Shown: positions 1 to 12,500 of the stretch, piece by piece | Numbering within the stretch: position 1 is the stretch's first letter | Layout: each line of letters starts with the position of its first letter | Source of the DNA: Paraspadella gotoi | Taxonomy: Eukaryota > Animalia > Chaetognatha | Assembly (NCBI GenBank): GCA_051294375.1 | Contig: CM119267.1 | Span: 20,089,476-20,153,475, forward strand | Length of the DNA stretch: 64,000 bases | Reading direction: 5' to 3' | The notes under the pieces: model-generated | The model's input: the letters and a program-made list of their open reading frames with translations, nothing else | Databases searched by the model: none | What the model was told of the DNA's origin: nothing | Program-made: the position numbers and the translations under genes

Positions 1-3000
1 AGCAATGGGAGAGAAGAGAGGAAAGGGGAAAGGAGGAAAGGGGGAGGAGGGAAGAAGGAGAGGAGCAAGGGGGAGGAGGATGAGAGGGAAGAGAGAGAAT
101 AGGGTGAAGGAGCGGGAGAAGAGCTGAAAAGAGAAGATTGCAGCATAGCACTCATCAAAATGTAAAATGTCTGATTGCGCCGTTTACTTTATCGGGGAAA
201 AAACTACATAATAAAACATTTTGTTTCAGGCGTCGAGCCTCTTGTAAATTATTATCTTTCGCAACGAAATAGAAAGATACGAAAAGGAGTTCAAAACATT
301 TGACATGGATAAAAATAATTGTGAATTCTAAAATCAATATTTTACGAAAAATTAAAAGTACTAAGAAGTTTAAATCTAAGCTCCGAAAGGAATAGTTTCA
401 CTAATTTTCCTTTTACATAACGATGACCATTAAATTAATCGGCTCTCTTTGTTTTTCCTTCTCCCCACCAACCTCGATCTGAAGTAATAAGCGTGACCAG
501 GGCGGGCGTTTTGGCCTTCCAAGAAGTCTCGCATGCCGAGTCTTGTTGGAGCAGACGATTATCTTGTCCAATCGAAGGCAGAGGTTTGAGTAACGTCTGC
601 AGTAGAGTGTGCTCGGGGCCTCACATTCCACTGCAATGGAGAGAAGTATAAATTAATATTATCTTTAAAGACTTAGGAAACGTCTATAATAACCAAATTA
701 TAAGTCGATAATTTAGGATCAGGAATAGGTTTAAAAGTTAAAATATCAACTAAGAATTTATAAAATTTTAACTAAAAAAAATATCCAGAGAGCTGGGTTG
801 ACGAACTCAAGATACGAAAAACTTGTAAATAACTAACATTTTGTAGTGTTCTCTGAGTTTACGTGTCGTTGGACAGAAATGCGGGAAAACACGCATCGAC
901 ATCGAGTAATTGCGTCCGCCTGAAGAAATGACATGAGAATTGACGAGTTAACGTAATCATGATCGAAAACAAACATATTCTTATTTTTTTCTTCGAGCAA
1001 ACAGAGATACCCGAACTGCACTTATTGCTTCGCTCGGTGAACTTTGGTCATCGTTTATCCTCCATCAGAGAGAGTCGACGTGCTCCTTAAGACGGCCTTG
1101 GATGTGACTCGATCACGTCCAGGACCTGTAGAAAGGAAATACAATGCTTTCGAGCGTAGGGGTATTGCTTGGTAGTATAGTGTTGAACGCACTTAGCGTA
1201 AAGAATGAAGTGAAAAATAAAACATGATTGATAATACCGGGTACTTGCTTAGACCCGTGACAAGAGACAAGTATTATTGTTATGAAGGTTTCAGTGATAG
1301 GACGTTGCAGATGCATAAGGCAGTCCACTGAAGCGCTTCGGATCAGCGTACATCATGTTAAGCGGGTTAGCGCCCCCGTCCCTGCTACTGCAGACGGACC
1401 AGAAGAGCGCACGGCTAGAACCCGACCTCTTGGTTTTGGGAGAGCGGAATGTACTTGCTCCGGCACAAAAATGGGCCGTGATGAACGGTTAGGTGGTTTT
1501 TATTCCACAATACATCCCTCCCGTAGAATGTCTGTTTGCGTTCTCAGTGAATATGTTTTGTTGGTGAAAGTGCATCACGCAAGCTTTGAGGCAGTGTGCT
1601 GATGTGTTGTGGACGGAAGTGCATCGCCAGGTTGAGGCATGTCGCCTGAAATTGTTTGGGTTGTTGCTGTGTGTTCGGAGTCGGGCTTCAACCAATGAAG
1701 AGCAGTAAATTATTGTTATGAGTTAGTGATAGAACGATTCATATAAGCGAGTCCTGAGCTTCGATGCAGGTGTAGCATCATAGTTACAGGCGGTTAAGCG
1801 CCGGTTACGTGGCGAGACGAGACACCGGCTAGAACCCGGCACCTTTTGGTTGGGTAGCGAAATGACTGTCCTCGCGAATGGCCTTGATAACGGTTGGTGG
1901 ATTTTATTCACATGGGACAAAAAAAAGAGATTCCAAAAAGCACAAAATGTACAAGGTGTGTGTAATCGACCGCGGATCCGGATCCATGTCTGTAGTCCGG
2001 CCTTGGGGGCATGTAAGTTGCAATGCAATCGCGGAGCTACATGTCCTACTCAGTTTTTCTGGGCTCTCGTGGGAAAGGTAGTTTCTTGACGACATGGGCC
2101 GACGGCGTAGGCCACAAGGCTTTTGAAGTGTTAAAAGTGACTGTGCGGCGGAGGTTCTGCTCTGTTACAGCCTAGATTTTTTATGTGGTTGATCGAATAT
2201 TGATAGCAATTACACGAAAAAAAAAAAAGATCAACAAGGTAAAATTTTAATTGAAAAAAAAAAGTTTTTATAATTCTCCCGTTTAATACCAGAAGAAAGG
2301 TAAAATGAATGTAGTAATTTATTAAAAAATTTAGAAGTAACATCTGAATTATTAGATAAATAAAGAATATTGTTTAAAAAAAGAAAGCATATATGATTGT
2401 AATAATAATATACGATTAGAAATACATAAACTTCATAAAATTATTAAAATAATTAAAATATGAAAAATAAAAAAATAGTGAAAACAGTGATTGCATCTTT
2501 AATAAAAGACTGGTGCCCACCAAAAGAATAGCGGGTGATGATGATACATGTTATAGATCGGGCGAGCGGCGTCGCCGAAAGTCGTCGGTGACGTAGGAGG
2601 CATCTTGTCGATCACGCGAGAGATCACGTAGTTGTTTAGGGGTTTGATCGTTGAAAAAAAAGAAGCCAAGAGCATATTTTTTTTTTTGTTTTTCAATAGA
2701 ATTTTATGATTTTTTTATTTCTAAGCAATCAGAAAGATTTTTAATTGGAATGAATAGAAAATTTAATCTTATATTTTTTTATATATTAAATGGATTTTTA
2801 AATTTGCAAATTTTATAATATTAAATTTCTAAAGTTCAATATCGGACGATTTTTCTTTAGCTCACGTCTCACCTATTTTGAGTCAGTTTAGAACATTAGC
2901 TCCCCACCCGCGCTACGAAAAGAGCTACTTGATAGGGTCGCCGACAATTAGATGCCCCTTTGTGCATTTGACCTGCAGAGACCAGAGGCTTACCGAATAG

Positions 3001-3630
3001 GATTCTTAAATTCACAAAAATTAAAAATCGAAAGGGAGGAAAAAAAAAAGAGAAACGGATTACTGAATAAGAAGATCAACGGCGAATTTGTTAACTCGAT
3101 TCAAATAAATGATTTTGGTTACAGATCGACCTCTTCTTCGCTCTCAACACTTTCAACTCCTTTGTTTTCATCGTTATGATACAGTAGTCCACTAGTCAGT
3201 ATAGCATTCTTGTCTGAACGGTATAGTGAGTAAACAGGCCAGCGGGATAAATACTTTGTTTATTGACATATCAAGACTAACGATTATTTCCGATCGGTAT
3301 TTTCATATGTCGTCAGTCCTTTAATGGGCATATGTTTTACGCATTGTCTGCTATTCTTGTTGCTCTAATAGTCCGCAGCTCGCGACCCCCTTTAAATCGC
3401 ATTTTAAATCTAGTCCTAAAATTCCTACCCTGTCTCAAACTTGTCCTTACTTTGACATCGTCGCGGGACGAGGGTGGACCATTTGACGAAAGTAAGACTT
3501 GACGCTCTGACTGATTGTCGGGTCGGCCTCAGATTCGTGAAGACGTCGAGGGAGGTCGCCACTTTACTGTCGAAATCGGATTGAGACTTTAATCCTCATT
3601 CGCATATTGCAGTAACTATCAAACAGAGCT
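1..3630. repeat. Noisy direct duplicate of 11139-14160 (middle exons of the M13 peptidase gene); probable second haplotype or assembly artefact
   Basis: Collinear throughout with 11139-14160 (e.g. the VNAYYFRS exon near 470-630 vs 11590-11750), differing mostly by scattered 1-bp indels typical of raw long reads. Confidence 0.85.
1258..1914 (-). mobile_element. Full-length TRIM, family 1 (LTR - ~180 bp internal - LTR)
   Basis: Two noisy copies of the 234-bp repeat (1258-1512 and 1696-1914). On the minus strand the 5' LTR end CTCTTCA is followed by T-TGGTTGAAGCCCGAC (PBS-like, 1680-1694). GGGAGGGA (PPT, 1515-1522) plus TG precedes the 3' LTR. Confidence 0.75.
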
Positions 3631-6600
3631 CGGAATATTCGCTAAATTCAAACATACATTGGAACAAGTGAATGGATTCCAATTTTTATTAAATAAACTT
3701 AATTTACCCCCAGAGGGCGTTCCGCTATGCGACGCAGGCTTCAATGGAGTCGCCATCTTGTGATAGGGAGCCATCACGTCGAAGACGTTGATGTGCATCG
3801 GAGGAACGATCCTGCGGATCTGGCGCGGGAATGATCAATAGATTGGTTGACTTACTGAATGTTTGATTAACGGATTTAATAATTGAATCATTGATGGATG
3901 GATGGATTATATACAATATATATATATCTATAATATATATATATACAAAAAAGAGAGGAGATTGAAGCCGAAACGACGAAAGGACGAAAAACGACGGTGA
4001 AGATGACGGCAAAAGACGAACTCATAAACACTGTCAATGATTTTTTTATTATAAAAACTTTTTTGACATAGTCGTAATAAACTTTCTTTTTCGTTGTTAT
4101 GTGTATTCAGAGGCAATTTTGTTCCTTCACCACATCTGACCACTAATTCTTTCTAACTCTGTGTGGGAAACTTTGCCCTAATCACTCTCTCTTTCTCTGT
4201 AGAGAACAGGCCCGACAGACACGACGCAAATGATTGACGGACGAAGGACGGAGAGAGCGAGTTCGTTATGACCCAGTTGACGGCGGACTGAAAATTGACC
4301 GTACGACTCATTCGCACTCGCTCTTCTTTCTCTCTCTCTTACCTGTTTCTCGCGGCCCTTTCTCTCTAATAATTTAGCTTGTAAAAACTGAAACCTATAT
4401 TGCCTATACAGATTTAATATAAAGCGAGTGAGATAGAGATAAGAGGAGAAAGAAAAACATAAAATTATAAATAAAATCAAACCATGCCATTTCAATTTTA
4501 TTATCAATTCCAAATTTCGAATGTCAGTGCGCCTGCAGACGTATTTGTGCTGGTCGACTTTTAGGAACTCAAATGATTCCAGAAGCAAAGAAACGAAGAC
4601 GACGACCAGAACTCTTTGTACTCTGTACCCTTAAGTGCGCCGATAGTACGGTAGTGGGTTTTTCTGTTTTGAAAAAATTGATTAAGAATTAAATCGTTAT
4701 TCATTCATCTGTTTACTAACTTTACAATAGCATTTCAGTGTCAAAAAGCGGCATATTAATCGTTGAAATTTGTCCCAGTTTTTTCCGTACGATGTTGAGT
4801 TTCCATACACTTTCCGTCTGGGCGCACTTCGTAAGTTCTGACTATTTTTTTTTTCTCAAAAACAAAATTTTTTAAAAAAAAATCAGGAATACGATAAAAA
4901 TTTAAGGTATGAACAAATTTTAAAATTCAAGTTTCTTTTAAGTCAAATCAATTAAGTTAAGATCAAAGTCATAACCCGCCAACAATTAGTACAGTATACA
5001 GAAGAAGGGAAGCGCTCTTTATGCTTTCTCTGAAAATTCAATCTGTTGTGAAGCAAGAGTCAAAGGAGAACCGGAAAGCATATTTCAGGGGTCATGACAA
5101 AATGTTTACAAAATAAATTAACATCCATTGTTCGATTTTTAAGAGGGATTGTGGTTTTTTTTTCTGTACTTTCCTGTGCGTTGATCTGAAAATATAATAC
5201 CACTTATTCAAAATCCTATGTATTAAAAAAAGAGGCGCCAGACGCAGAATTCAGCTNNNNNNNNNNNNNNNNNNNNNNNNNTTCTGCATTAAAAAATAAA
5301 AATTCGAAATTCATGGAAAAAATGACTTCCGAAGTGAAAGTAAGAGAATGAAGGGTATCAGTATTTAGGGGAGATCAATTAAAACATTTTCCAATAAATA
5401 TCTTGTCCTTGTTCGAATTTCAACAAGGAGATGGGACTTTTTTCTCCACTTTCCCGCGCGAAGAAAAATTAATGACTACTACCATTCAAATTCCTTTAAT
5501 GATAGACCCTTAAGCTTATGATATCATTTTTATCACTGGGTCCCCTTAAGAGCGGAAAAGTTAGTTAAGGTAAGAATATAAGCGTTTCCGCCCATTGATA
5601 CTTTTGATATAAAGCTCGATGCAAAATCATGCGGATGATATAAAGAACCATTTAGCATTTTTAATTTCTTATGGGCAAAAAAAATAAAAATCTCAGTTAA
5701 ATCTTTTATTTATAAAATTTTTAATCTCCAAAATCTCATTCCGTATTTTGGCTCGCGATATAAGCGTTAAGAACTGTTCATGTTGTTTGTTTAGCCATGG
5801 AGGGCTGTTGAGTGTTGACAGTGTATCGTGCGAACTGCGAGGAGAAAGTAGCGTCGCACGAAATTCCCTTTTCTCGAAGAAGAAAAGAATGGAGCAGGGA
5901 ATTTGGGTGAGGTAAGGGAGAGGTAAGGGAGAAACTAGGGTTTAAAGCTTTATTGGAGATCGATAGTAACTGTAAATTGCCTAAATGAAAATAATTTTAC
6001 AAGCAAATTTTTCTATCTGAAAAGAAGAAAACGAGCTTTTAAACTCTTGACGGTCCTTGTGCGCTCTCTCAATAAGAGCGCCCTGAAAAGGTACCGCAGA
6101 ATAATCCATACTATTTTAATCTTGGAAATAATTTTTTGGCATCTATATACCAGAGTCCGCACTACCAGGTCTCGAACCCTAGATGCAACACGCCAAAGTT
6201 CCTCTAGCCACGACAATGAGCCAAACTGGACCAAAGGAGAAAAGGTAAGGAGGGTTATTACGGACGGGATTTCATTCTTTTTTTTTTGTTGGACACGCGA
6301 ATCGCGAAGGAAAATCCGAGAAAAGTAAAAGAAGTAAAAAGAAAAGGAGGAGGAGGAGGAGGAAGAGGAGGAAATAAGAAGGCTGCCAAGAAGGCTGTCA
6401 AGTCAAGAATAGAGAAAGAAAACAAATGGGATAACTGTTGAAAGTCAACAGCTAACTGTTCACTGTTAACTTCTGATTGATTCGTAAAAAATACGCGCGA
6501 CATATTGATGAGTTGTATATTGATATTTTAAATATTGCTTTGTTGAAAGGTTCATGAGTCTTGAAATCTAAATCTCGACGGCGGAGGCGATTAAAAAAAA

Positions 6601-6726
6601 CAAAAAACAAAAGAGCGATTCTATAGATGTCGCTCTCTTTATTTCATCTTTCGAATCCCAATCACACTTATCTTTTTCCCTTCTTTCTTCGAACAAACGG
6701 GGAAAAAAGGCTCCTCTCTCTCTCTC

Positions 6727-6758
<32 letters not shown>

Positions 6759-6883
6759 GTCTCTCTCTCTCTCTCTCTCTTTTTCCCTCTCTTTTCTTTC
6801 CTCCCCTTCCTCCCCATTTTCCCGTTTCGCTCTTTATCTCCCTCCACCACGCCCCAACCCTCTTCTCCCTCCCTTCGACTCCA

Positions 6884-7882
6884 TCACTCGATGACGTTGC
6901 TCCTCTGCTGGGGAAACTCCATGCTGTGGGGCGCGCCCTCGTAGCTGGTGACGGGCGGGGCTCCGTAAGGATACATCCTCGGCGGATCTCGAGGATAGCC
7001 GGATCGTCCGGGGTAGCAGTTGACCTCCGTGTAGCTTGGTTCGGGTGGGTAAGCGAAGGACTCGGAGGCGTCGTAGAGGCGTTTGGCGGGAGGTTGGACG
7101 GTGCAGGGAAGGAAGAGGGGTCCTGGGAATGTGATGGGGGTGGAGAGAGTGAAACGGGTGAAAAGTGAAAGGGGGTTAATGAAAGAAGAAAAGAAAGAAA
7201 AAGTATGATCCAGTCTAAGAACTAAGAATTCTAAATTGAGTTAAATCGCCCAATCAAGTAAATAAAATGATGCACCAACTGAAAGAATAATCGAATGAAT
7301 GAATTGAATGAATTGAATGAATGAATTGAATGACTTGAATGAAGATAAAAATCACTCCTTCTCCCTCACCCTTCCCAGGCAGTTCGTTCATCTGCTTCTC
7401 CACTGGTCCGTGATGATGAGGATTCAACGGGGGCGCCAACACGTACAGCGACCCCACGGGTCCGTAGATGCAGTGTCCGCCGGCGGCCGGAGTGTCGCGG
7501 ACGCGTCCGAACACGATGCGCATCATGCGGCACGCCTCCAGCTGGTCGTGCTCGAAGGGGAAGGCCTCGAGGACGGCCGCTTGCCCGCGCGGGTCCGTGA
7601 CGTCGACGATGGCGCGAATGAGATGACGCAAGGCTTGGAGGCGTTGGCGTGGGAAGGGGATAGCGAGGAGGATGTACTTCACCTTGGGGAGGGGGGGGGT
7701 GGGATAGAAAAGATGAAGAATTCCACTGTAGAGTTAAATATTTTGTAATTAGCTAAATATCAAATATTATGTAATTAGCTAAATATAAAATTTTAAGCGA
7801 GAAGACTGTCTTTATGTTTGTCTGTCACTCTGTATCAAAATATCTGTTTTTCCTGTCTGTATCTCTGACTGTCTTTTGTTGA

Positions 7883-7935
<53 letters not shown>

Positions 7936-8773
7936 TCTCGTCGTTCAACCTCGCAACAAGTGATTGGCGCCATCCTCGTCTCCAGAATCTGCATGGCCGC
8001 CATTTTGTCGCAGCTCCGCCTGTAGGCCTGCAGCACTTGAACGGCCTGAAGTGAGGAAGGGTTAGTTTTGGTGAGGTTAACAACGTAGTAATGGATATGT
8101 TAATATGTTAATATTTCTGAATATTTTATTTTATGGAAGGTCATTAAAAAATTTGAAAGTTAACATGAAACAAAGACTAGATTGAGGCGCCTCACGTCCT
8201 TCAACGTTCAGCCAATCCCATTGGCTCAGAGGGGGAATGCACCATCCCAGGCGTTGCGTTCAATCCACAGTTCTAACGACTTCCCTCTGCATTGGCAAAG
8301 TGAGGGTCGGAGGCCCCCCAAAGTCAATGGTCATCAAAAGCAACTTGACTGTTGCCATAAGAATTTATTTACATCCGGAAATTATCCGTATTTACATATT
8401 CCATATTATAAATAATCGTAATTAATTAAAGTTCAATAAAAAAAAGCCAAAAAAAGAGATACTATAACGCTTTTCCCATAGTTCATCTCGCCAATCAGTT
8501 AGATGCCATGCCACTCGGAACATCTAACTTCTAAGTCAATCTTGCCCTTTTTTGATAAGGAAATCCCTACAGTTATTTCAAACCAACTTTCGACAGTCAA
8601 TTGCACAAGTCAAATCCTCCAACTCGCTCATTCTCGCACTCGCTACAGTACATCCTCGCCTGCGCTCCGGTGAAGTCGCCCTTGGAGTAGTAGAGATTGT
8701 CCAGCTGCTTGAGACATGAGCTGCTCTCCTGTCGCACGGAGGCGATCACCTTCTGGAATTGCTCGTCCCTCAT
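6884..8773 (-). CDS. DUF4476-domain protein resembling the PROSER1 N-terminus, with a Pro/Tyr-rich tail; 4 exons (8773-8660, 8045-7950, 7682-7370, ~7122-6884)
   Basis: Spliced translation MRDEQFQKVIASVRQESSSCLKQLDNLYYSKGDFTGAQ/AVQVLQAYRRSCDKMAAMQILETRMAPITCCE/VKYILLAIPFPRQRLQALRHLIRAIVD... aligns by eye to PROSER1 (MDKKSFEMVLDEIRK...GYFSSEQVVDLL...[22 protein letters not shown]). Exon phases are compatible. The last exon needs one frameshift to reach the stop at 6884. Confidence 0.7.
8188..8362 (+). mobile_element. Family 2 LTR remnant with intact A/B boxes and deleted twister core
   Basis: TGGCTCAGAGG (A box, 8222-8232), GTTCAATCC (B box, 8258-8266), then GGGTCGGAGGCCCCC and GTTGCCATAA shared with 42324-42534 and 39362-39458. 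Confidence 0.7.
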
Positions 8774-9568
8774 CTTCGTCGTCGAGGGCGGCGAGGCCGA
8801 GATTTTCGCGAGTTTGTAATTAGATAAAAAATATTTAAATAGTTAAAAAAAAAACAAACCGAAGAGAAAGACCTAAACGGGCGAGGAGTTAGATCTTCGC
8901 TTAGCCGAATTCACTAAAGACTCGAAGATTTGAGGATTCTTTGTTCATTTTCTAGTTGCTACGCGACGAGAGAGAGAGAGAATTCCCTGGGGTTAGAGAG
9001 AGAGAGAGAGAGAGACTCAAGAGCTATTCAAACTTTTTTGAATATTTTAATCTGACGACGATTTTGGATCGCAACAACGAATTTAAAAAAAAAAAGAAGT
9101 TTTCATACGAGACGCGATATATTTACTCATAAATTACAAAGATCACGAGTGTACAAAAATAAAATTTACAACCACGAACAACTGTACAAAAATAAAAACC
9201 ATTCAAATTTAAATGCAATTAATTAGTTTAAAAAAATGAATGACGTGGAAATGGAATATTCTTCGTCACTGTTTTTTTTTTTTTTTTATCGCAATTCTAT
9301 CAACTCTTCGCTTCTCTTTTCTAAGTCACGGCCTCTGGTCAAAATTCTCATCAGCTTCACTGACGACAATACATTAGCGAAAATTCAACTCAAAACTATC
9401 TAGATTCAACCATTTTCTTTAACGTATCAAGGAAGCATAATATTGTTAAAATATTAAAACAATGAAAAAATATTAATTTTGTTTATTGGGTTTTACAACG
9501 TGCCTAAACGGCTCGTCCATAGTTGACTGACCTACCGAACCTCACCCACCTCCCCTTCCCCACGACTT

Positions 9569-12500
9569 CTACCAAATGACGCATCGCTTTTCCGGCGCCA
9601 TTTTACTTCCGGTTCGGCAACCGAACGCGTCCTGGAATTGCGGCATGAGCGACGGCGGCGCCATAGTCCGTACGGATCCAGGGGCGTGGGGATCGGTCTT
9701 GATGCCAGATTCGACCGCCTCTGGTCGCGTCTTTTGGCACCAAACCTACGAGTGGTTGAGGTTGGGGAGGAAATGTTATATGCTAGAAATAATTACAAAT
9801 ACGATTTTAATTAAACAATGCATATTGTGTATATTCGTATTTAAAATTAATTTAAATTAAATTATAAGTATTACTCCGATGATCATTTGTCAACCTGGCC
9901 GTATGCGACGAAAAATGCCTGATCGACATCTAGCGGTACTCCCGGGAGTTGTTCCTCCTCGCCGGCCCCGGATTCTTTCCGACGGCGCAACCATCTCCGG
10001 CGGTATGCGTCGTAAGCGAGGCCGAGACCACCCGTGTCGGCGATGTTCTCACCCTGAGTAAGTTCCCCACGAACCTGCGGGGTTTAATCAACGAATTTTT
10101 CGATTTTTTTTTTTCTGCTTTAAAAAAATAAGTTTCGAATCCGTTTTTATGATTTAAAGGACTTGTTACTACAAAAATTCTCAACTGGCCGGTTAGCTCA
10201 GTTGGTTAGAGCGTGGTGCTAATAACGCTAAGGTCGAGGGTTCGAGCCCCTCACTGGCCATCAAAATATTTTACTTTTCACGTCTTTGGGGGAAAACGGC
10301 AGCAGAATTTTGGCAACTCGTGAAAAATCCGTTTCTCCGGTCAACTGGCACATTACGTATTTTAAAATCCGATCAATTCTAAAATTTTTAGCTGTCAGCT
10401 TGAGAAGAAAAATAATATATTTTTTTTTAGATTATGCTAAGTCAAAGTTTTAAATATGTCAAAGTCAAAGTCTTCACGGGGGGCTTTATAAATATATAGA
10501 ACATACTTGTAAACCGTTGACGTAGTATTTGTCGTAGTAGTCGACCATACATTCCGTCTTCTTCTTGAACGCCACCCACGAATCGTTCGTCCACCAAGTG
10601 TTCATTTTTCCTTCCAAGTCATATTTGGCGCCGCTAGAGGGATCGATTAATCGAGAGTCAGTGATCTTTTGTGTGATCAGTGATAGATTTGTATTATTAC
10701 CTATCGTCAAATGCGTGAGTTAGTTCGTGTCCTATTACGGTCCCGATGGCGGCGTAATTAAAAAACCTGAGGGGGAGGAACAATTAACTTTCATAATACA
10801 TATGATATATTTATACAAGTTCAAATAAACAATTTTAAAATAAACAAAATATCGTATTAAGGGTATAAAAAAATAAATTCAAATGCAGGCAAATGCAAAT
10901 GCAGGCAGTAGACGATGCTGATGGAGGGCATACCAAATATTAAACATATATTACCTATATTTTATATATTTTTATGGAATAAATAAAATTTTTTAACAAT
11001 TATGTGATATACTTTTTGCCTAGATGGTATATTACGGGAGAACTTATAGCTGATCTAACTTGTGCTCACATAGGAAGGTTGAGGTCGTAAAATGGACGCT
11101 GAAGAATTCCTGCCGGAAATACTATGGCGTTCCTGGGGAGCAATGGGGGAGAGAGGAAAGGGGAGAGAGGAAAGGGGAGAGAGGAAAGGGGGAGAGAGAG
11201 GGAAAGAGAGAGAGAAAGAGAGAGAATAGGTGAAGGAGCGGGAGAAGAGCGAAAAAGAGAAATGCAGATTAGCACTCACTCTAAAATGTAAATGTCCTGA
11301 TTGCGCCGTTTATTTATCGGGGCAAAAACTAATTTAATAAAAACATTTTTTTCAGGCGGCGAGGCCTCTTGGTAACATTATTTTTCGCAACGAATAAAAA
11401 CTACGAAAAGGATTCAAAAATTTGACATGATAAAAGAATTGTGATTCATAAAATCAATATTTACGAAATTTAATAAAAGTACTAAGAAGTTTAAATTAAG
11501 CTCCGAAAGAATAGTTTCCTTTTTTCCTTTTAATAACGATGACCATGAAATTAATTCGGCTGCTCTTTTTTTTCCCCTTCTCCCCCACCAACCTCGATCT
11601 GAAGTAATATGCGTTGACCAGGGCGGCGTTGCCTTCCCAAGAGTCTCGATGCCGAGTCTTGTTGAGCAGACGATTATCTTTGTCCAAATCGAAGGCGAAG
11701 TATTTGAGTAACGTCTGCAGTAGAGTGTCGCTCGGGGTCACATTCCACTGGCAATGGGAGAGAAGTATAAATTAATTATTATCTTTAAAGACTAGAAACA
11801 TCTATAAAACAAAATTATAAGTCGATATTAGAATCAGGAATAGGTTAAAAGTTAGAAAATATCATAAATATTATAAAATTTTAATAAAAAAAAATCCAGA
11901 GAGAGTGGGTTACCAACTCAAGATACGAAAAACTTTGTAAATAAACTTACATTTTGGTAGTGTTCTCTGAGTTTCGTGTCGTTGAGGACGAAATCGGGAT
12001 AACCGATCGACTCGATAATTGCGTCCGCCTGAAATGATGACGAATTGACGAGTTAACGTAATCATGATCGAAAACAAAATATTCCTTTTTTTTTTTCGAC
12101 AGAACAGAAGATCACCCGACCCTCACCTTTGCTTTCGCTCTGACTTTGGTCTCTTTATCCATCCAGTCGAGAGCGTCGACGTGCTCCTTGAAGACGGCCT
12201 TGATGTCCTCGATCAACTCCAGGACCTTAGGAAAGGAATACAATCTTTCAGCGTAGGGTACTCTGTATATAGTGTTGGAACATTAGCGTAAAAAATAAGC
12301 GAAAATAAATGATTGATAAATCGGGACATTGCTTAGACCTGAAGAGACAGTAATTATTGTTATGAGTTAGTGATAGAACCGTTCAATATAAGCAGTCCCT
12401 GAGCTTCGGATCAGGCTGTAACATCATGTTACAGGCGGGTTAAGCGCCCCGTCCCTCTAAACTGCCAGACGACCACCGGGCTAGAACCCCGGACCTTTGG

